Shown here in pieces: positions 58,794 through 64,000 of a stretch of DNA of 64,000 bases. Below the pieces are notes generated by a model, which made no database searches, was not told the origin of the DNA, and saw only the letters and a list, made by a program, of their open reading frames with translations. Origin of the DNA: Desulfobacterales bacterium (lineage in GTDB: Bacteria; Desulfobacterota; Desulfobacteria; Desulfobacterales; G963662235); contig OY759308.1 in the NCBI GenBank assembly GCA_963662235.1, positions 1,004,861 to 1,068,860 on the forward strand, in the 5' to 3' direction. Numbering within the stretch: the stretch's first letter is position 1; each line of letters begins with the position of its first letter. The translations under genes and the position numbers were made by a program.

Positions 58794-59813
58794 ATGTTTA
58801 AAAACAAAATATTTTTAATTACTGGAGGCACTGGTTCGTTTGGAAATGCTGTTCTCAAGAGATTTTTAGATTCAGATGTCAAAGAAATCCGCATTTTCTC
58901 GCGTGATGAAAAGAAACAAGATGATATGCGTCATGCTTTACAAAACTCAAAAATTAAATTCTATATTGGTGATGTTAGAGATAAGTCTTCTGTAGATAAA
59001 GCAATGCGAGGAGTAGATTTTGTTTTTCATGCCGCAGCTTTAAAACAAGTTCCTTCTTGTGAATTTTTCCCAATTCAAGCAGTTTATACAAATATTCTGG
59101 GAACTGAAAATGTTTTGGATTCCGCTATTGAGAATAAAGTAAAGAATGTGGTTGTTCTTTCGACGGATAAAGCAGCTTACCCTATAAATGCCATGGGAAT
59201 TTCTAAAGCTATGATGGAAAAAGTAGCAACTGCAAAAGGAAGAGCTTTGGGTGAAGGAGCAGACACAACTATTTGTTGTACTCGCTACGGAAATGTTATG
59301 GCTTCGCGTGGTTCTGTTATTCCACTTTGGATAGAGCAAATTAAAGAGAATAAACCAATAACTATTACAGATCCTAATATGACTAGATTTATGATGACTT
59401 TGGATGATGCGGTTGATTTAGTGATTTATGCTTTTCAAAATGGACACAATGGTGACTTATTTGTTCAAAAAGCTCCTGCTGCAACTCTTGATGTCCTTGC
59501 AGAAGCTTTGAAACAACTTTATAAAGCTGATACTAAAGTGAAAATAATAGGTACCCGTCATGGAGAAAAGCTTTATGAAACTCTTGTAACAAGAGAAGAA
59601 ATGTCAAACTCAATTGATATGGAAAATTATTATTGTATTCCTTGTGATAAGCGAGATTTAAATTACGACAAATTTTTTGTAGAAGGTAATGAAGATATTT
59701 CAAGAATAGATGATTATCATTCTCATAATACAACGCAATTGGATGTTGAAGGTATGAAAAAGCTTCTTTTAAATCTTGAATCTGTTTGTGAAGATTTAGG
59801 AATAAAGAAATAA
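58794..59813 (+). CDS. fnlA: UDP-GlcNAc 4,6-dehydratase/epimerase FnlA (WbjB/CapE)
   Basis: TGGTGSFG, SRDEKKQDDMR, AALKQVPSCEF, RYGNVMASRGSV. Confidence 0.93.
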   Translation: MFKNKIFLITGGTGSFGNAVLKRFLDSDVKEIRIFSRDEKKQDDMRHALQNSKIKFYIGDVRDKSSVDKAMRGVDFVFHAAALKQVPSCEFFPIQAVYTNILGTENVLDSAIENKVKNVVVLSTDKAAYPINAMGISKAMMEKVATAKGRALGEGADTTICCTRYGNVMASRGSVIPLWIEQIKENKPITITDPNMTRFMMTLDDAVDLVIYAFQNGHNGDLFVQKAPAATLDVLAEALKQLYKADTKVKIIGTRHGEKLYETLVTREEMSNSIDMENYYCIPCDKRDLNYDKFFVEGNEDISRIDDYHSHNTTQLDVEGMKKLLLNLESVCEDLGIKK

Positions 59814-59818
59814 TAATT

Positions 59819-60967
59819 ATGAATATTCTTATAACTGGTGCGAAAGGATTTATAGGGCAAAATTTATTAGCTCAATTAAACAATATAAAATTTGGTAAGG
59901 CAAAAAATTATAAACTTTCGTCTGATATTAAAATTTTTGAATATAATAGTGATAGTTCCACTGAAGAATTAGATGTTTATTGTAAAAAAGCAGATTTTGT
60001 TTTTAATTTAGCCGGAGTAAACAGACCAAAAGAGCAATCGGAGTTTATGGTTGGTAATTTTGGATTTGCCTCTACTTTATTAAATACTTTAAAAAAATAT
60101 AAAAATATTTGCCCGATAATGCTTTCTTCTTCTACACAAGCCACACTGAACAATCCTTATGGCGAATCAAAAAGAGCGAGCGAAAATTTATTTTTCGACT
60201 ATGCAAAAGAAACAGGTGCTAAAGTTTTGGTTTATCGTTTTCCAAATATTTTTGGGAAATGGTGTCGCCCTAACTACAATAGTGCCGTTGCCACATTTTG
60301 TAACAATATTGCTCATAATTTACCCATTCAAGTCAATAATACAGAAACTGTAATGAATTTGGTTTATGTTGATGATGTTGTTGATGAACTTATATCTGCA
60401 TTAAGCGGAGATGAGCATTATGAAGATAAATTTTGTGTTATTCCAACAGTATATACTGTAACTCTCGGCAGAATAGTTGAGTTACTTAATTTTTTTAAAG
60501 AAAATAGAATAAATTTGGATTTACCAGATTTTCAAAACGAGTTTGTAAAAAAATTATATTCAACTTTCCTTTCATACTTACCTGAAGATAAATTTAATTA
60601 TCCTTTAAAGATGAATATTGATGAACGAGGTAGTTTTACTGAAATTATTAGAACAATGAATAAAGGGCAGTTTTCTGTAAATATATCTAAACCGTATATT
60701 ACTAAAGGGAACCATTGGCATAATACTAAGAATGAAAAATTTGTTGTTGTAAGTGGAGAAGGTATTATTCGTTTTCGTAAAATAAATGAGCCACAAGCTA
60801 AAGTAATTGAATATTGTGTGTCAGGGAAAAAAATAGAAGTTGTTGATATTCCTCCAGGCTATACTCACAATATTGAAAATTTGGGTAAAACTGATATGGT
60901 TACTTTTATGTGGTGTAACGAATGTTTTGATCCAAAAAATCCCGACACCTATTTTGAAGAAGTGTAA
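59819..60967 (+). CDS. fnlB: Reductase/epimerase FnlB (WbjC/CapF)
   Basis: LAGVNRP, FGKWCRPNYNS, cupin KGNHWH.TK.EKF. Confidence 0.93.
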   Translation: MNILITGAKGFIGQNLLAQLNNIKFGKAKNYKLSSDIKIFEYNSDSSTEELDVYCKKADFVFNLAGVNRPKEQSEFMVGNFGFASTLLNTLKKYKNICPIMLSSSTQATLNNPYGESKRASENLFFDYAKETGAKVLVYRFPNIFGKWCRPNYNSAVATFCNNIAHNLPIQVNNTETVMNLVYVDDVVDELISALSGDEHYEDKFCVIPTVYTVTLGRIVELLNFFKENRINLDLPDFQNEFVKKLYSTFLSYLPEDKFNYPLKMNIDERGSFTEIIRTMNKGQFSVNISKPYITKGNHWHNTKNEKFVVVSGEGIIRFRKINEPQAKVIEYCVSGKKIEVVDIPPGYTHNIENLGKTDMVTFMWCNECFDPKNPDTYFEEV

Positions 60968-60972
60968 CCATT

Positions 60973-62115
60973 ATGAATAAGTTAAAATTAATGACAATTG
61001 TAGGTACTCGTCCTGAGATTATTAGGTTATCTGAAGTAATAAAAAAATGTGATAAATATTTTGAGCAAATTTTGGTTCATACTGGACAAAATTACGATTA
61101 TACTCTTAACCAAGTTTTTTTTGATGATTTGGGTTTGCGAAAACCCGATTTCTATCTTGATGTGGTAGGAAAAGATTTAGGAGAGACTATGGGTAATGTT
61201 TTGGCAAAATCTTATGCTTTAATGCAGGAGCAAAACCCGGATGCTGTTTTAATTTTGGGCGATACCAATTCTTGTTTGTCTGCTATTTCTGCAAAACGCT
61301 TGCATATCCCAACTTTCCATATGGAAGCTGGGAATCGTTGTTTTGATGAAAATCTTCCAGAGGAAACCAATCGCCGGATTGTTGATCATATCTCCGATTT
61401 GAATATGTGTTACAGCGAGCATGCACGTCGTTATCTTAATTATGAAGGAACAGCCAAAGAACGAACTTATGTTACAGGTTCTCCTATGGCAGAGGTGCTT
61501 TCAGCTAATTTTGATAAAATTGTTTCAAGTAGTATTCTTAAAAAACTAAAATTAGACAAAGGTAAGTATATTTTATTATCTGCTCATAGAGAAGAGAATA
61601 TTGATAATGAAGCTAATTTTTTGAATTTAATGAATGCAATAAATGCTCTTGTTGAAAGATACGATATTCCTATTTTATACTCTTGTCATCCGCGTTCAAA
61701 GAAGTTTATAGAAAAACGAAATTTTAAATTAGACAATCGTATTATTCAAAATAAACCTTTGGGGTTTCATGACTACAATAATTTGCAATTAAACGCGTTA
61801 TGTGTCGTTTCCGATAGTGGTACATTGCCTGAAGAAAGTGCTTTTTTTAGTTCAAAAAAATTACATTTCCCTGCTGTTTGTATAAGAACTTCCACCGAAA
61901 GACCAGAAGCTTTAGACAAAGGAGCTTTTATTTTAGCAGGAATAACAAAAGATCAAGTAATACAAGCTGTTGATATCGCTATAAATATGAATAAAAATAA
62001 AGATTTTTCTGTGAATGTCCCTGATTATACAGATCAAAATGTTTCCAGTAAGGTAGTAAAAATTATTCAAAGCTATACAGGTATTGTTAACACAATGGTC
62101 TGGAAAAAATATTAA
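60973..62115 (+). CDS. fnlC: Non-hydrolysing 2-epimerase FnlC (WbjD/CapG)
   Basis: GTRPEIIRL, HTGQNYD, HMEAGNRCFD, SDSGT..EE, TERPE. Confidence 0.93.
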   Translation: MNKLKLMTIVGTRPEIIRLSEVIKKCDKYFEQILVHTGQNYDYTLNQVFFDDLGLRKPDFYLDVVGKDLGETMGNVLAKSYALMQEQNPDAVLILGDTNSCLSAISAKRLHIPTFHMEAGNRCFDENLPEETNRRIVDHISDLNMCYSEHARRYLNYEGTAKERTYVTGSPMAEVLSANFDKIVSSSILKKLKLDKGKYILLSAHREENIDNEANFLNLMNAINALVERYDIPILYSCHPRSKKFIEKRNFKLDNRIIQNKPLGFHDYNNLQLNALCVVSDSGTLPEESAFFSSKKLHFPAVCIRTSTERPEALDKGAFILAGITKDQVIQAVDIAINMNKNKDFSVNVPDYTDQNVSSKVVKIIQSYTGIVNTMVWKKY

Positions 62116-62144
62116 GTTAATGAAATCTCCAATTGCTAATTAAT

Positions 62145-63359
62145 ATGAAAGATTTAAATAAAAAAATTTTAATTGTAACTGAATATTTTTATCCTGAAGA
62201 ATTTAAGATTAATGAAATAGCTATAGAGTGGAAGAATAAAGGATATGAAGTTGCAGTATTAACTAAAAATCCAACTTACCCTTTCGGCAAAATTTATTCT
62301 GGCTACAAGAACAAATGTTTTTCTGTAAGTGATTGGAATGGAATAAAAATTTACAGACTTAAAGCAGTAACAGGATATAAAAACAGCATATTAAAAAAAA
62401 TCCTTAACTATTTTAGTTTTATGTTTTTAGGTAGTATAGTAAGTTTAAGAATTGGTAAAAAATACGATTATGTTTTTGGGAATAGTATGGCTGCTCTAAC
62501 AGGGATGATTCCAGCTATAGTATTAAATAAGTTTTATAATAAAAAAGTTACACTTTGGGTTCAGGATATATGGACAGATAGTGTCTATGCATATGGTTTT
62601 AAGGAAAGAAAAATAATAGTCTTCTTATTAGATCGACTTGTTAAATTTGTTTATAAACATACTACTAATTTTGCTGTTTCAGCAAAAGGTTTTGAAAAAA
62701 AAATAAGACCTTATTTAGATAGGCAAAAAAAAATAATATATGCTCCCAATTGGGCTGATTTTTTAAATAAAGAATTGTCTCCTTTTAAATTGAATGAAGA
62801 GAAAAAAATACATTTCGTTTTCGCTGGAAATATAGGGGCTATGCAAAATTTAGAAAATATCATTAAAGCTTTTGGTACACTCGATAATAAATATTTAAAT
62901 AGTGCTCAATTAAATATTATAGGTGATGGCTCCTGTTTAGAACATCTTAAATTCTCAGTTAATAAAAATAAATATAAAAATATTGTTTTTTGGGGGAAAG
63001 TGGTAAGGAATGATATTTATAAATATTTAAATGCCAGTGATTTTTTAATAGTATCTTTAATAAATAAAGAGATTTTCTCTTTAACTGTCCCAGCGAAAAC
63101 TCAAACATACATAGCTGCTGAAAAGCCAATAGTAGCAATTATAAACGGAGAAGTAGCAGATATTATTAAAGAAAATGAATTAGGCTTTGTTGCTCCGCCA
63201 GATAATATTAATGAAATTCATAATGTGTTAATCTCTTGTTTATCTCTAAATGCTGAAGAAAAACAAAAATTTACAAAAAATTGTAAACAATTAACTAATA
63301 CAGTTTTCAATAAAACTAAAATAGTAGATAATTTATTGGCTTTATTATTAGAAAAATAG
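62145..63359 (+). CDS. GT4 glycosyltransferase (WbuB-like, probable L-FucNAc transferase)
   Basis: YFYPEEF.IN, P.YP.G, W.QD.W, FAGNIG..Q, P.K.Q.Y; follows fnlABC. Confidence 0.88.
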   Translation: MKDLNKKILIVTEYFYPEEFKINEIAIEWKNKGYEVAVLTKNPTYPFGKIYSGYKNKCFSVSDWNGIKIYRLKAVTGYKNSILKKILNYFSFMFLGSIVSLRIGKKYDYVFGNSMAALTGMIPAIVLNKFYNKKVTLWVQDIWTDSVYAYGFKERKIIVFLLDRLVKFVYKHTTNFAVSAKGFEKKIRPYLDRQKKIIYAPNWADFLNKELSPFKLNEEKKIHFVFAGNIGAMQNLENIIKAFGTLDNKYLNSAQLNIIGDGSCLEHLKFSVNKNKYKNIVFWGKVVRNDIYKYLNASDFLIVSLINKEIFSLTVPAKTQTYIAAEKPIVAIINGEVADIIKENELGFVAPPDNINEIHNVLISCLSLNAEEKQKFTKNCKQLTNTVFNKTKIVDNLLALLLEK

Positions 63360-63362
63360 CTT

Positions 63363-64000
63363 ATGATATATATTATTGCTTTCTTTTTAACTTTTATTAT
63401 TACTTTCATTGTTAGAAAAATAGCTCTTAAAAAATCCTTTTTAGACATTCCTAACAAGCGAAGTTCGCACTCTATTCCTACTCCGAAAGGTGGAGGCATT
63501 GCTATTGTCTTTGTTTGGTATGTGTTTTTATGTTATTTTTATTATAAAGGCTTGATTGATCAAAATTTGTTTTTTGCTTTGCTTCCCGGAATAATCTTGT
63601 CGGCAGTCAGTTTTTTTGATGATATTTTCAATTTGTCTCCCGAAGATAGATTATGTTTACAAGCTTTGGTTAGTGCTTTGGCTTTGTTTTTTTTGGGTGG
63701 TTTGCAAAAAATCGACTTGGTTTTTTTTGTTTTTGATAATGTTTATCTTCTCAGTTTTCTTACATTTTTTGGAATAATTTGGTTTATTAATTTATTTAAT
63801 TTTCTTGATGGAATTGATGGCTATGAGGCTTCGGAAATTATTTTTATTTCTTTAGCTTTATTTTTTTTTACCAAAAATCCCATAGTTTTATTGCTTACTG
63901 TCGTTTGCTTTGGCTTCCTTCTTTGGAATTGGCAAAAAGCAAAAATTTTTATGGGAGACGTCGGTAGTACTTTTCTTGGTTATACAATAGCTGTTTTTAT
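63363..64000 (+). CDS. WbpL/WecA (MraY-like) initiating phosphoglycosyltransferase, 3' truncated by window edge
   Basis: DIPNKRSSH..PTPKGGG, DD, NLFNFLDGIDG, AKIFMGDVGS. Confidence 0.92.
   Translation, partial: MIYIIAFFLTFIITFIVRKIALKKSFLDIPNKRSSHSIPTPKGGGIAIVFVWYVFLCYFYYKGLIDQNLFFALLPGIILSAVSFFDDIFNLSPEDRLCLQALVSALALFFLGGLQKIDLVFFVFDNVYLLSFLTFFGIIWFINLFNFLDGIDGYEASEIIFISLALFFFTKNPIVLLLTVVCFGFLLWNWQKAKIFMGDVGSTFLGYTIAVF

Noticed and set aside
625-63499. Many short ORFs in the track that overlap longer genes
   Set aside because: Antisense or alternate-frame shadows of confidently assigned CDSs, with no motifs of their own
1-64000. CRISPR array, rRNA or tRNA genes
   Set aside because: No regularly spaced direct repeats or recognisable structural RNA genes; the repeats seen are dispersed or palindromic

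Overview
AT-rich bacterial window whose housekeeping genes look Desulfobacterota/deltaproteobacterial (an impression from protein sequence, not a database result). It has three parts. (1) 1-30.7 kb is core chromosome: glmM, ferredoxin, topA, dprA, secDF-yajC, an RNase E/G gene, ECF transporter subunits, lysS, lolCDE-type genes and bamA. About a dozen copies of a non-autonomous MITE family sit in this part (TIR GAGACCTTTGCACATA, 6-bp target duplications, an internal hairpin with compensatory base changes). Two copies supply the last codons and stop of glmM and of the RNase E/G gene, and one carries a nested 81-bp palindromic element. (2) About 19.3-23.5 kb is a foreign insert: two toxin-antitoxin pairs with both toxins broken, an ORF6N protein, two orphan exported proteins, repeated hairpin spacers and possible archaeal-style promoters, ending in a GTAG-type REP cluster. 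(3) 30.9-64 kb is an O-antigen/surface polysaccharide locus predicted to make a legionaminic or 8-epi-legionaminic acid plus L-FucNAc/FucNAm glycan. It also holds a split-transketolase / epimerase-GT2 module, three homologous GT-C-like membrane proteins (two are mosaic paralogues), gtrB, a decayed IS3 and several gene scars. No rRNA, tRNA or CRISPR array was seen.
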